Positions 51,300 to 64,000 of a stretch of 64,000 nucleotides of DNA are shown here, one piece after another. The stretch covers positions 1,364,001 to 1,428,000 of the forward strand of contig CM061248.1 of the NCBI GenBank assembly GCA_022605425.2. The letters are read 5' to 3'. Position numbers and translations under genes: made by a program. Origin of the DNA: Hamiltosporidium tvaerminnensis FI-OER-3-3. Lineage: Eukaryota > Fungi > Microsporidia. A model generated the notes under the pieces. It saw only the letters and a program-made list of their open reading frames with translations. It searched no databases and had not been told where the DNA came from. Within the stretch, counting starts at the first letter, position 1; each line of letters begins with the position of its first letter.

Positions 51300-51800
51300 T
51301 CAATTAGTGTTTTAGGTTCTCTTTCTTGCGTTCTGAGGTATTTAATTTTGGCATTTGGAATATATACTAGCAGTGGTGTTACATGAATGTTTGAATTTTG
51401 TCAATGTTAATATGAATAGGTCTGGATACGAACAAATACCTATATCATATATGCTACGTTTGTAAAACGTACTTAAGATCAAACGATAGCAACATTAGAT
51501 GTCAGGTTTGTACATTAGAAGTCAATTTTTGAAAGACACAAAATACGTCATATATTCGTACATTTTGTTAATACTTTGTTAAAAAAGGATAGGGCGAGAT
51601 AAGAATGGCCCTAATCAAGCAGCGTTAAGAGTTTTGAACAAACAAAGGATTATCTATGAAGCAAAATGTGTGAAAATGTATTTAAGTCAAAGATTTCAGT
51701 TTGTAACATATCACATGGGGTATGCGCCTTTAAATAAAATACATTCACAGCATGTTGGAGTAAAATTCCCGGCTTAAAAACCCTGTAACTTCTTGATTAA
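51300..51800 (+). pseudogene. Fossil CACTA/EnSpm(CMC)-like transposase N-terminal fragment
   Basis: YHICYVCKTYLRSNDSNIRCQVC (51443-) followed in another frame by ISVCNISHGVCAFK*NTFTACW (51693-), resembling the CxxC..CxxC and IxLxxxxDGxxxFKxxxxSxWP motifs. Confidence 0.45.
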
Positions 51801-54800
51801 TCACCGAAAGACGAGTTTCTTACTCAAACACACTAGAATAGATAATATTGAAACAGAGAAGCGTCAACAACATCTATTAATGCTTTTTGGTACAAAAAAT
51901 GAACAGAATTTTTATTATTTAAGACTGAGTACTACAACACTTAAAATAATCATCATTTTAAAGTACTGAATATAGAGATCTAAAAAAAATATCAACAAAT
52001 TGAATGATTTTGAAAAATATTATTTCGATTCAAAAAGCTCCAAGATGGTGTGTGACAAAACAATACAAATAAAACCGAATCATAAAAATCCTTAGAAGTG
52101 TTTAGGTTAGGTAATAACAATAAAATTTGACTTAAAATAAATTATTATAAAGAAAATTATTTTCCATTCTGCTTAAAAAATAAAATTTGCTTTAATATTT
52201 TCATAATTAACAATATATTTTCTTTTTTATACAGGTTCGGTATGGCATCCTTTATATTATTGTTTTAATATCCAAATTTGATCAGCTCTGTTTTTTTTCA
52301 GCTTTTCCTAACTACTACGTTATATAATCCAGAAAGCGTTATAAAATCTTCTATGAACTATAAAATATTTTATTTTATTATTTACTGAGCTTTTATAAGT
52401 CATATACCGTCCTTTAAATATGTTTAAAGATCTCTCGCTTGTGCTGTCTTAAATGGAGCTCTTCTTTTATATGTAAACTTAAAAAATATATAGTTTTAAA
52501 GCAAAGACAAAAAAGTTCCTTTTTTTTAAAAATATAAAGGTTTTTTCGGAATATAAATTGCTTATTAGTAGTACAACATTCCAAGTTCGAAAATATAAAA
52601 ATAGAAAAACAAAAATGACAATTGTACTACCTAAATTCGTCCGAATTGCAATTCTTGACTAGTTTATATTTCTAGAAATTTACAGCGATACCTAGAAAAT
52701 AATTCGAAATACCTTTAAGATATTTTTTCTCACTGGTATTAAATAGATATATCTAGCACCTTCTTCAACTTCCTGTAGCCTCTGTGTATTTCTATTTGAT
52801 CTTCATAAGAACAAGACTATTTCAAAATCTTTTCAGTCGCAAATAAATCAGTTTATGAATTACTGGAATATCGAATCACGGAATATAGCGGGTTTCATCA
52901 AGTTACTTTGAAGCCTGGTAATTTAATCTTTAGAATTTTTGACAGTTCTGATATATTCTACACCGACTCTTACAAGTTCTGAAATGTTTTCATTTTTTTT
53001 AATTACAGAAAATACAATTTTTCAAATAACAGACCGCACATTTAGTTTCTTAAAGTTATATTACATAAGGCAAATTAAAATAAAACAAAAAACTCAACAT
53101 TTTATGATTTATGTAACTTTTACTATATTCTTATGTAGCTTTAAAATAAATAGTTTTTATTAACATTTTGTAATATTTCTCACATAACCGAGACAGACTA
53201 AAATTTCTTTCCAAATGATATCCAGAAATATTTCAATTTTTAATTTGAATTTACACTTTGTTTAAGTCTATAAATTTATAATAAATTGAGCAATTTAAAT
53301 CTCTTTTTAAAATACAAAATTATAGGAAACTCGATTCCAAAATTTGAAGAAAATAAACATTTTCGGAGATAAAACTGTAATTTAGTAATACTAGCCAATG
53401 TAATCTAGTAACTCTAAATTTAACGAGTTTTCAAATTAAAATGGTTGTGCGTGATAATCTTCTTTAAGACCTCATTTTATTCCAAAATTTCAATATAAAA
53501 TTCTAATTTATATATTTTATAATTTTTAAAATATTACAATTTTTTAAATGCTTCTATGGTTGTCGTATTTACATAATATAATAATTCTACTTGTGCAAAA
53601 TTTTTCTTCCTCTAGCAAGAAATAAACTTTATATTCTTAATAAAGAGAATACTTAGTAGGTAACAGAAAAATATTTTTATTACATATATAAATACCTGCT
53701 AATTTTTTTTAAAAATTTTCTCTTATATTATATTTTTTGTGTACCATTTTCAAATATTTAAAATTTTTTTTAAAATTTATTCTTAAAAGCAATCATATTA
53801 TTTTGTTAATTACACCTATTTTTACAGATTTTAATCGTAATAGTGTTCTCGAATTCCAGAAATTTTGTTTAACTTTTTTTGCTCAAACTGTAAAAAGATC
53901 CATATTTACACATTTGCCCAAAAATTTTTGTATACACGTTAAATGATTTTAAATAAAGTTCCTTGGTTAGTGTTTAGTATATGACAATTTTAAACTCTTT
54001 TTATAATATCATAGTGAATGAAAAACATGGTGAAGTTACTTGTATTAAAATGTAATTTAAGAAATTTTAAATTATTTTAAACGTAGCCAACCGTATTTAA
54101 GATCAAATTCATCGTTTTATTTATCAAAATCTATATCAGCTATATATACGCTACTTTATGTTATTATTCGCAAACAAGCATATATTTGTTTACATTTTTG
54201 GTTTAAGTTTGCGATTCTAGCATCAAAATAAGTTATTTTCCAAGATCAATATGATAATATCATTATAAAATCATTAAAAGTTTAAGATTAAACGAATTAG
54301 TTCTTTGGAAAGGTCAATATATATCTTAAAATTTTTTATTACATTTAATAGGAAAGTTTAATTGTTCAAATCAATGAAATTATCTTAGAAATTAATCTCT
54401 TGAGCTATAATTATCATATACACCAAAGAATGAAACAAAAAATTAATATGAATGTATATTTTATATCTGAATGTCAATTTGTCTGAGATTATACTATAAT
54501 GCCGTAATAGATATCATCAAAAATAAAATATAGAATCTAAACACTTTTTGGTAAAAAATTTAATAAAAATATAGTTTTTTTTTGAGCTTAAAAGAAGCGT
54601 TCTATGATTTTTCCTAAAAAAGATGCCGAGATTATGTTTCTCAATAGTAAAGAGGTTTAAACTATTATTTTCTAATTCAAAATAAACGAAAAGTTTTTTT
54701 TCCGAAAATTGCTTAAATTAGTCTTTTATCTTTGAATAATCGAATACCCGTAACCGATCTGTCCATATTTAATACGTAGGAAAAATAAAAAAAAATTTGA

Positions 54801-57800
54801 ATAATAAATCGCTACCTTAAAAATTATAAATATCAAATTTAACTGAGAGATGCAATAAAAAGAAGAGGCTTAGGAATATTTTATTTGTGTTTAATTATTT
54901 GAAAAAAAATTAAATAATCAAAAAATACTTTAGTAGTGTAAAAACTTTTGCTAAATTGGCCTGTCATTTTTATTTGATTAGATTTTAGACAAGTGCAAAG
55001 TATTTGGTAGATCCAGTAAAAATATTCTTTTCATCTCAAAGTAATATGGTTTAGCCATAATAATAAAAGTTTATAAATGACTTCTAGTCCTCTAACACCA
55101 GGTATTTGGCTTTCTAGTATTAGAAGTGTCAAATCTGAAATCTTTCAATGAAAAATATTTTATCTCATAGAATTCCCCGAAAACAATTTTAAATACCAAA
55201 CCATTATAAGTATTACAAGCTGTTATATAAATAAATTTTGCTTCCGAACAAAAAAAAATATGTGATTAACGTTTAAATAATGATTCTTTTTTTAAAAGTA
55301 ACTGAATAGAAGTATTAAACTTAAAAATAAAATTTAAATTATTGTTATCCATATAGCCAAAAATCTCTACAAAATGTTTTTTAAAAAAATATGAATTTTA
55401 AATCGTCTTAAGAAAAAAACTATAGATTGTATTTAATTGATTAAGTCAAGGTTTTTGTTTTGTAACAAATAAAATTTAATCTTTACTTTAATTCATTCAT
55501 TCAAATAAAACGTTAAGAATTTAAGCATAAGGTTGTGATATTTTAAGAGACATAGTATTTTAAAATCTCAATAATATTTTATGCGTTCAAAGTTAATAAT
55601 GTGTCCTTTTATATTAACAAAGCAAAAAGAAAGTAACTATATATCTTAATTATTAAATCCGAAAGAATCATATTTCACTATTTCGAAATAAAATTTTTAT
55701 AAATAATATCAAATCAATTTTTATACTAGAATACGCAGAATAAAGTTATTAAGGGAATCTATCTATTAATTGTTGACTATGTGAAATAAAGGAAATTTCT
55801 AAAATAGTTTTATATGATCATTGGTAAATTAATGCGTCTGATACACATATTTAAAAATTTAAATTGATTAAAAATATCTATTTATGTTGTAATAGTGCAA
55901 TCAAGGTACATTATGCTTATATTCTAATTTTAGAAAACCCATAATTCGATTCTTCATTTAACTGAAAAAAATATAGATAGAAAAAAAATAATATGCTTTA
56001 GTAGAGAAGAGTTAGTGTAATTTGATTTTGAATATTAATTTTATGAGGAATCATAACCTTGGAATGAATTCAACATTTAAATAATTTTTTAATCCCTAAA
56101 ATTTAAGTAGCAAATAACCTATACTAACTAAAAATTCTATATTGGATACAGAGAACGTCTCTGAAAGTGTTTTTTTTTTATAAAAAATAAAGGTCAAATT
56201 CAACAAAACTTTGCTAAAATTATTATAGAGTTTTTCGAAAAAATTACATTATGTTCTCATAATAGACAGGAAACATCTGAATTTATTTCATGCGAGTGTT
56301 TCCAACCGAACTAAAAGTGTGTTGTCTAAAAAGGAATTGTATGAGTAGAAATTTTTATTTTAACAAACCAAAAAACAATATATTATGAACTAAAATTTAA
56401 TGTCATTTTTTAGACAATTATATGTCTGGTAATTAAACATGATATACAGATTCTTTAAAACCGTTGTTGTTCCTTTAATTTGAAAGATAATTTGGAATTT
56501 CTACTATATTTTGTTTTAGTAATTTTTGCGAATTTTATTTGAATAAAATACTATCTAGTATTATTTTCTTTCCTTTGCCTAACAAATATATTTATTTACG
56601 TTTTCTTTTCACTATTACTAAAAAAAGAAGATAAAATATGATTAAAATAAAATTTATATTAAAAAAATAGAAACATTCATCTAAATTTTTGATACACAAA
56701 AAAACAAATACTTGACTGTATTTACAAAAAGATAATTTTTCAAAGCGACTCAAGTTTTTTCTAGCTTAAGAGAGATAAACGGAAGAAGTATTAAAAATTG
56801 TGTTTTCTTTGTCTTTCATGAATATGACCCAATCCGAAGCAATAAAAGTATCAATATTCGTTTGATTAATTATTCATTTGAAGACGGATAACTTCAATTT
56901 TAAAGCTCTATCAATAAAAATTTTAAGATTTTAAATTTATATGATCATGTTTACTCGTTTAAGACGAAAGATTCTAAACAAAGGAAAACAAAGTATTTTA
57001 AATCTCATATTTAAATTAGAACAGTACGCATACCACCAAATACATTTATGATTGTTTGTGAATAAGAAAATTTTTTATTTTCTTTATATGAATAACAAGT
57101 TATCTAAAAAATTGAATTTTATTTAGATATGTAGTTTTCAACTGAATAGTTATTTGCCCCTTTACAAGAAATTTTTTTAAAATTTAAAATGTCCATAAAA
57201 CAAAAGACATTCAAAAATTTATGAAAGAAGCCCTGAAATGAAAGAAAACTAGAAACCATCAAAGATAAAACGTTAGATTCCGGAACCCGTTATTATATTG
57301 ATGTGTGTAAGAAAAAACTTTGGTTTTTACATTCTCTGATAATAAATAAATGATTGCTGATGTTTGGAAGATTTCCATAGCTTTCTTTGCATACTTAGAG
57401 AAAAGATTTTTTTATTATTTCAATATATTTATACGGTAATATGCAGTCTTATAGAAGAATTTATAGATCAGAAAAATAAAAATTTGGGTTTTAAGAAAAT
57501 TTCAATTGATAAATTTACGAAAATAGAATCCTTTTAGTTGTTATAAAAATGCTGTTTTTATTGCTTCGTAAACTTTTTAATTACGTCGATAGCACGGAAT
57601 AATTTAATAGATTTTTTGATCTATATGTATTAATTTGGATAAATTTTAGGGTTGTTTGCTGTTATGAACAACAAGTAAAAATAAAACTTAGGAAATAAAA
57701 TGAAAATTAGGAAAAATTAGAAGGAAAACAGATTTTCAGATTTTTTCAAACTGTGAAAGGAAAGATGCGAAAAACAGCAAGTTGTATATGCAGAAAATTA

Positions 57801-60800
57801 TGCTGTTCATTTATTTTGACACAAAAGTATGAAAAGTGCTATAATATTTTGCAAGTAGATTATAAAGAATTCCCGAAATTACTTTGGTTCTATTTTGTAA
57901 TTTCTAAAATAAATTTCATAATCGATTCAAAATCTAAGAAATACCTCAGATAAAGAATTAAAGAAATAATTATTAAAGATTCATAATAAATATTTTTTTC
58001 AAAATCCATTTAATTAGTACAGTCGAATAAATATATTTTACTCAAAAAGACAGCCTAATGCCCTCTTAAGAAAAAACATTTTTATTTTGAATTAAATAAT
58101 TTCTACATTTTTTACATTTTCTTGTTTTTTTAATTTTATTCAATTACTTAAAATCTTTTTTTTCAAACAAAATCTGTATTGTTTTAATGAGAGATGCGCA
58201 ATATCATAATAAGTTTGTAGACTTATATGAAGACCTTTAAATAGGCGTTTACATCTTCTTTTCTAAATATCTTTACAGATTAAGTAATTTTTTCAGCATA
58301 TTATTTAATGTATGGATTTATATAATAAACGCAATAAGTTTCGATTTTATTGTACACCCTGCTCTTTTTTGCTAGTAATTCACGTGTTTAGATGTGATAA
58401 TAATATTTAAAGATAAATAAAATTTCTTTCGGATTTTCAAGACATTAAATGAGAAGAAAAAATAAGAGATAAATAATCTAATATATGTATATTAGGCCAT
58501 TATAAAAGTCTGGCTCCTAACTGGTCGCCCTTACTATTATTTGTTAAATATAATATTTTGAAAAATTTATATTTTTTCCCAATTTCTAGAATCCATGCAA
58601 CATATGTTTAGACTATTTAAAACATTAAAAGCAATAAAAGTTAAACTTTTTGTTTATATCCCCTGATTTCTATTTAGAACATAGTTTTTCTAACAAAAAA
58701 AAGATTATTTAGGTTAAATTCTATATTCTATAATTTCTATATCTCGTTTTTCTCGTATTCACCATTTGGTTATGACTAAATCTTTCTGATTTATAGAAGC
58801 AAATTGTTTCGATTTTTGTATCACTACCGCTCGAATAACTATATCTTCTGTTTCTTTCTGGATTTTAAGCATATAAAGTAATTTTCATTGTTTTATAGGG
58901 TATTGATTTCTATAGTTTCAGGATATATCCATATTCTAACTTCTAATATTTATCTCAAAACAAAAATATATTATAAGATATTAATTTAATTTGCTTATTG
59001 TTCTAAATTTTTAATATTGATTGTTTCACTCTGATCAATTTAATTTCTATATACTGAACTTCTATAAATCGCACAAATATTTCCTATAAAAAAATATATA
59101 ACATATTATCAGCGTTTTATTATCTAAAATAATATTTTCAAGCTATTATTCTCTTTTTATAAGAGAAGTAAATATATCAGTTTATTTATTAGATTTCCAA
59201 ATAAAATTAAATCGATTTTCATACTTGCGTACTTCCCTTTCGAATGATAAATATCCTAAATTTATAATCATATTTTTTTCTAAAAAAGCATTAGAGCCTA
59301 TATATATATAAATAAACTGAATTCATGAAGCAAAAATATATAAAATTAGTAATTGCAACGTCTAATAAAAGCTTAAATTAATATTTTTATACTTTTAACA
59401 GTTCCCATTTAATTTTACTTAATCTAATTAATACTTAACATGAAATTTAGAAGGAAGAAGAAATTAAAAAAAAATTGTGTTAAAAAACATTTCTTAAAAA
59501 AATTATTCTTAGATTTATTTTCGAAATAAATTCGTATCTAATACCTTTAGACGCGCACAATCTATTCGTTTTGGGCATCTTCTTATAAATACCACCCATA
59601 ACATAAAATTATACTCATGAAAAGAAAACTTTCTTCTGTTAGATAAAAATCAGACTCGTATATATTCTGATATAATTCTAGATAATATTATTTAAATCTA
59701 TGTGCTTTTTTACTTTTCATATTCAAGAAGTAAAATCTTTTTAAAGGTTTAAATTTTTTACTTAACAGTATCATAGAATCTCTTTTATCAATAAAATTAA
59801 AAATAAAGCTATTTTGCAAATAAAAGTAATTAAAAACATTTTTTAAAATATGGTTTCGAAACTTTCATAAGCAAAATTCCAATTCAAACAGTTACAATTT
59901 AGCATGTTTCTCAAAAAATATTTATGTTTAACTCAATACAAATAAAAGTTATTACAATAAGTTGGAAAAACAATTTCTTCTCCAGATCTAATATAAAAAA
60001 AAATATCTGTCATCGTTTGCATTTACCATATATAGTTAGGTACCATAAAAAGCCATTTACTTTTTAAACATAGAGAAAAAAACTTATCTAATCGAAAAAA
60101 ACACTATTTAGAATTTTTTGATAGTCTTAAATTATTCGGTTGAATAAATACATTACCGTTTTATTATAGAAGAAAACATAGATAATATAAAAATGCTTTT
60201 TCTATAAATTTTATATTTATTCACATAGATATATAATAATCAAAAAAACAATTAAAAACTTATTTTATTGACTACGTTTACATCAAAAATATTTCTTAAA
60301 TAGTTTTTAGTCGAATATTTACATATAATATATGTATATTGAAAAAAATATTATAAAATAAGATAGGCGGTAAAAACCAACAAAAAATATTGGTATAACG
60401 AATTTAAATTTTAAAATCATATTCAAGAAAAATTTAACCAACGTACGTATGAAAAATAAATTACAAAATAAAATAATGAAAGGTAATTTCTAAAATAAAT
60501 AATTTAATATAAAGAGTATACGAAAAAGATTACAGGAAAAGTATCACAACGTAAAAATATAAAATGATTAAGAATAAAACAAAGTGAAAATAAAGAAATA
60601 TTTTGTAGTTACGATATTTAGAAAACTGTAAAGCTTATAAAATCTGAATATTTTATTAGAAGTTCATTTAGAAAAATTTAGAAGACTTGAAAAAATATTA
60701 ATAAAGAGTGATTCATTTCGAGAAAGCCAATTACTATTTATTTTCGCTCTTTTCTAACCAGTTCTCTATTTCTTCTATTTATCTATAAACTTTCATCTTT

Positions 60801-61418
60801 ATAATATTGAATATATTTATGACATATATGGATAGAAATCAAATTTACAAAATATGAAAAATAAAAAAGAAGTTATAATATTTTAAAATAAATAAACGAA
60901 CAGTAAACCAAGAATAAAATAAATATTACGAGAGTAGTTTTTTTTTGGTTTATTTGAATTCTAGAACACTTCTTCGTTTGTATTGAAATGTCTGTATAAT
61001 TTTATTTTTTTTCTATATAGTAATAAAATGTTTGCATTGCTAAAAAAATAAATATATAAAAAAAATTAAAACGAAACCCTACTGATTCAAATCGGAAATG
61101 TGGTTATATAATAATAGATATGTGAATAGAAATAAATATTAAACCAAGGAAGAAAACATTAGACAATTTAACGAAAGAACTAGATGAAATGTTTATTTTA
61201 ATTGTAAAGATTTATTTAAATTAAGCCATCAAATATATTGTACAAAATGATAGCATCAAGGTGATATAATTTGAAACGAAGTATTACACTTGTTTCCGCA
61301 GCAGTTAGAGTTTTATTTATTCAAAGATTATATTTTGTCGCAGTCATTTATATTTTTATAAATTGCTTTTTTTGCATCCTATCATTCTAAAATTATTTTA
61401 ATTTACCAGATTGTATTA

Positions 61419-61473
61419 CACATAAGAAAAGCAAAATTTATTCCACATAAGAAAAGCAAAATTTATTCCACAT
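61419..61473. repeat. Perfect 25-bp tandem duplication CACATAAGAAAAGCAAAATTTATTC x2.2
   Basis: Units at 61419-61443 and 61444-61468, plus CACAT. Confidence 0.9.
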
Positions 61474-61749
61474 TAGATCATGTTCTAGATATTTCAAAAA
61501 ATAAAAATGGATTACAATTAGATTTATTGCTTAACATACCCTTTCACACATCAACTCAGTATCCTAACAATTAAAATTTGAAAAACGTAATCAATAATAA
61601 AATTTTTGTATAATAATTTCATTTCTTAAATAAGTAATCCTGTTAATGGCTTTCTAATACTGAATAAATTTCTTTTATTATTTTAAATCTGTACTTGCTG
61701 TCTTAAGAACAGTTATGGCCAACGATAGAAAATTGCAAAGGTTGGCATT

Positions 61750-64000
61750 TGGGTATTTTTTTTCTAAAATCTTAACCATTTATGAATTGCTTTATTATCA
61801 TGCGTAAATTAAATTTTTTTTTCTAAATTATTCATGAGTAATTATTTTTAAATAATAAAACTTTAACGTTTTCTTACAATTAAAAATATTTCAGTTTTCT
61901 GTTTATGTTCATTGGTAAATTACTTTAAAAATTTTCTTGGTGAAAATCCTTTAAAATATCTTGTATTTTTTCATATACGTTTTTTATACGTTGTATGAAG
62001 AACAACTTTATTAAAAAGAAAAATACTTTAGCATAGAACACACCTCACTCATGTATCATAAAGTAAATAGTTTTTTTTATACTTTGAATGAAATAGGTAA
62101 AGATAATTTAAAAGAATAACGTATTATGAAAGAAGTAAATGAAATTTATTTGTTTTTAAAAGTTTAAACTTAACCCCAGCAAATATTTATTTTTTTCTTT
62201 ATGTTATACATTCACATCAAGTCTTCTTAAATAGGCCATTATGTCCAATGATTAAGCTCTTTAAGATTGTGTTATTACAATTAGAATTGATGAAATTAAT
62301 ATGGTAATTATCTACCAATATATTATAACGGAATGAATTTACCTATTTAGTTTGTTTGCCTCTAAACAAGAACGGATAAGTTTTTAAACTTACCCTTTGA
62401 ATCATAGTGGTAACACATTTAAAAGCTTCAATATGCCCGTTCTATAATCAAATTCAGTCTAGGTTGTTTATAATAAATAGATCCACCTGCGATTTTCCAA
62501 TAAATATCTCAATTGTTTGTGGCACAAGTTTCTATGGCTTCTATATTAGATTTAATATTTATTCATATTAAAAGAGATCAGAGGTTTCATAGCAAAATAG
62601 TCATAAGTATCTTAAGCCAAGGCCATTGCATTAAAAACCCAGCCTTTTATAATTTATTTGACTTTAAAAAATTTATCGACTTTTTTTCTATATTTCAATG
62701 ATAAAAATGGTAATTTTGATATTAAAATTTATAAATCAACAAAGATAATCATAAAATTTAATTTGTAATATTATAAATTCATGACTCCTTTAATTATAAG
62801 ACAATATATACTTATCTTTCTAAATTAATATTCACCTATAAATATATTTAGATATTAAAATGATATAATCCTTGCTTATTTCGGAATAGTATAGACTGCC
62901 CATTAATTTGGGAAGATTTGATTGTAGATTAATATAGAATTACGAGAAAGTATATTAAAAATTAGTTATATTAATTGGGTTTGAGCCGAACTAAATTTAA
63001 TTAAAGTTTAACTTTCTTATAATCATATCAAAATATTATTTACATTATTATATTTTGGCTTTATTTCTTGTTTTAATACGTATACTTAATAAAAATAGTT
63101 ACAATCTAAAAACCAAAGAAAATATATCAAACGAACTATTTTAAAAATTATTGTAACAATTTTCTTTCAATTAGGCAAATAACTTAAGAGTACTTAATTT
63201 TACATAAATTGGATGCAAAGTATTTATTAGAATTTGGTTTTAATATAGAAGTAGCATAATAAAAAGTTTTCTGTATCACTTCATGACAGTTTACTGTACT
63301 ATATATATTATTTAAAAGTCTAATTAATTTAAAATTAGATATAAATTAAAAATATACTTAACATATTTAAATCGAATTAATATACGTATAATTATAATGA
63401 TTTAAGTTATTTAAATCTCACTATATAGTTTAAAATGAAATATTTATTGCTATCTATATTTAAATGAACCAAATATCAGAGTTCATTATACTATAAATTG
63501 TATTATATATTAGTAAATCAAAGCCATTAAAAATCCCAAAATATCATATATATTTCAACAAAAGCAATAGTATTACATTTCTCATTAATTACTCGAAAGT
63601 ATTATACATGATATTTGAATACTTTTTACATTTATATCTTTTTTTAATTAGTTTTATATTGTGTTTAAGAAGTTGTAACAATGCATATATAATATGCGCT
63701 ATAACTGTTTGATTAATTTAAGGAAAGGTAAATAGTAAAGGTTATTTTGAAATCTATAGTTACGTATGAATCCCTTATATGATTAATGTTTCCAACAATA
63801 TACTGCGGGCTTTTCAAAACGAGTTAACCAAATTTAATCCAGCCATATTTAGGTTGAACACAACTTATTATGACCAAGATTATAAAACCTCGTTTTTAAA
63901 TACTATGTTAGGGTTTTAATAGTACGAATGTTCCAAACAACCATAAAAAACCAACCAATACCTTACACACAAAAACTTCCAATTATGTTAAATTTTATAA
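61750..64000 (+). pseudogene. Decayed multigene-family member, copy 3 (runs off the window end)
   Basis: Colinear with 40950-43330; ORF 62513-62701 lies inside it. Substitutions near 63779-63900 are enriched at third codon positions of a plus-strand frame. Confidence 0.7.

Noticed and set aside
56121-56180. GATACAGAGAA followed by a T-run, U6 snRNA-like
   Set aside because: Lacks the AGC triad, the internal stem-loop and U2-pairing regions.
62000-63300. Alternative genetic code (TAA/TAG = Gln) rescuing the broken frames
   Set aside because: Intact genes have no internal TAA/TAG and end in TAA; stop positions and frames are not conserved between paralogous copies.

Overview
Very AT-rich, gene-poor eukaryotic DNA, most consistent with a large-genome microsporidian. 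Evidence: intronless, divergent eukaryotic genes, a CCC motif just upstream of an ATG, and AATAAA overlapping a stop codon; the organism is inferred, not verified. Only two host genes look intact: a Pus3/Deg1-type tRNA pseudouridine synthase (2252-3271, -) and a GNS1/SUR4 fatty-acid elongase with a variant QxxHH box (9678-10463, +). The rest is transposons, repeats and pseudogenes. There are three age classes of an R4-clade RLE non-LTR retrotransposon (1-1401, 2005-2120, ~8200-9280). A frameshifted APE-RT LINE (~27.3-31.1 kb, -) has an ORF1 that starts with an IS1 InsA-like C4 zinc ribbon. Two non-coding inserts have exact target-site duplications: a 741-bp hairpin-rich element and a 228-bp bipartite RTE-type element. 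Fossil Tc1-like and CACTA-like transposases are present. Two copies of a ~2-kb foldback-like element are built from TTAGGG sub-repeats. Three decayed copies of one ~2.4-kb gene family occur, and a cryptic ~187-bp tandem array of ~17 units lies at 43.7-47.0 kb. No intact host gene is seen from ~12.3 kb to 64 kb. No tRNA, rRNA or CRISPR array was found. Boundaries of decayed features are approximate because they were aligned by eye.
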